From contig NC_083284.1 of assembly GCF_963506605.1 (NCBI RefSeq), positions 39,866,001 through 39,930,000 of the forward strand: DNA of 64,000 nucleotides, given 5' to 3'. The stretch's first letter is position 1, and each line of letters opens with the position of its first letter. Below the pieces are notes generated by a model that was not told the origin of the DNA, searched no databases, and saw only the letters and a list, made by a program, of their open reading frames with translations. Positions 62,839 to 64,000 of the stretch are shown here, piece by piece. The DNA comes from Zootoca vivipara (lineage: Eukaryota). Made by a program: the position numbers and the translations under genes.

Positions 62839-63422
62839 GAAAACATACTGCACGTAAGCAAAATGTGATGATCTGAAGGAATTTAAATATTTCGCGTGAA
62901 ACTGTTGGGTTAGCTTAAACTCCTGCCAAGTAAAAATCTGCAGTGAAGACCAGGTTGTTCTATGGCAAAGGATGCAAAGGTGACCCATGGCACAGTGTAG
63001 TTTGCCCATGACTGTGTATCTGTGATATTTAACCAAAATATGGATTTATATGAGTGCAGACAGAAGCTGGGGTAAAGACAGGTGTACTGTTAATACTAGG
63101 GCTCTGGACTAATCCTGAATCAGGCCAAATAAAGTTTAAAACCCTGATTAAACATGTGGTTTGGAGGGGGATCACATATTTAATTAGGATGCATCGTAGG
63201 CATACCAACTTCCAGACACCGATATACAATTGTGGTGGTGAACTAAAAGTCATTCCATGCTGTCTTCAGCATGTGGCGCAGGCATGCGTATGCCTGGTTC
63301 AATGTGACTGGAAAGCAGCAGAAATTGATTGGAAGCTTTTGATTCCCACTATTACGATCCTGAGAATAGGCCCCTAGAGAGCAGTTGAACAGCTGCACCA
63401 CAAATGACTGGATGCTTTCCAG

Positions 63423-63558
63423 CAGGCAGAGGCAAACTCCGGCCCTCGAGATGTTTGGGACTACAATTCCCATCATCCCTAGCTAACAGGACCAGTGGTC
63501 AGGGATGATGGGAACTGTAGTCCCAAACATCTTGAGGGCCGGAGTTTGCCTATGTCTG
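63423..63558. mobile_element. 136-bp palindromic hAT MITE variant
   Basis: caggcagaggcaaactccggccctc / gagggccggagtttgcctatgtctg. 8-bp TSD ctttccag. Confidence 0.88.
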
Positions 63559-64000
63559 CTTTCCAGTGTTGCAGTGATGAAAAAACATGGATCTGAGGCA
63601 TATCTCCATATGATCCCTCATAATTTTTACAAGCAATTCCACCTATTAAACAGTAGGCCACCCAGTATATGAATTCTGTGATTCGGTGATGGTTTTTCTT
63701 GTCAGCCTATGCAAAAATCATGAAGATCCATGTGGATCTGTGCCTTGGATTGATGTCTTTGTGGCAAGCACTGGATCTGATTATTATTATTTTTTTACTC
63801 TACAGTCTACCAGCATAAACTTTATTTTGGTGGTGTTTTGGGGAAATTCAAGAGAATCCAATTTAATTCCACTGCATCTGATTTTTATCCAGATCTTGTG
63901 GAAATTAAAAAAAATGTGTACACTCATCCACATGCACAAATTATGTATTTCTGTTTGTACAAGTGACAAGTGAGGGAGAGGGGGAAGAATGAACCAGAGG

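Overview
Vertebrate genomic DNA from a squamate reptile, most likely a lacertid lizard, judged from its Sauria SINE, Squam3-like SINE and tRNA/CR1 SINE content. Two + strand genes lie in the conserved amniote order. The first is ARFIP1 (arfaptin-1): its complete coding region was reconstructed by hand from 8 canonical coding exons (7101-31015, 374 aa), and there is a likely upstream in-frame exon at 2534-2613. The second is the 5' end of FHDC1 (INF1, inverted formin 1): a CpG-island promoter at about 43.5-45.5 kb, a putative non-coding first exon, and the first coding exon (59097-59570, FH1 and start of FH2). The rest of the window is intron or intergenic DNA dense with SINEs, CR1/L2/L1 fragments, hAT and Tc1/mariner-type MITEs, and microsatellites. 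Almost all ORFs in the supplied track are spurious. I see no convincing new protein-coding system. The most interesting unexplained signals are: (i) a candidate 6-nt in-frame ARFIP1 microexon nested inside stop-containing exon variants just after the PKD-regulated amphipathic helix; (ii) an N-terminal extension exon whose acceptor doubles as a 5' splice site, with a second AG|GT site nearby; (iii) uORFs plus alternative splice sites in the FHDC1 5' UTR; (iv) a young MITE carrying a CpG-rich, palindrome-packed 120-bp tandem array next to the FHDC1 promoter; and (v) CR1-tailed SINEs with two different tRNA heads. Comparisons to human proteins and repeat consensuses are from recall, not from database searches.
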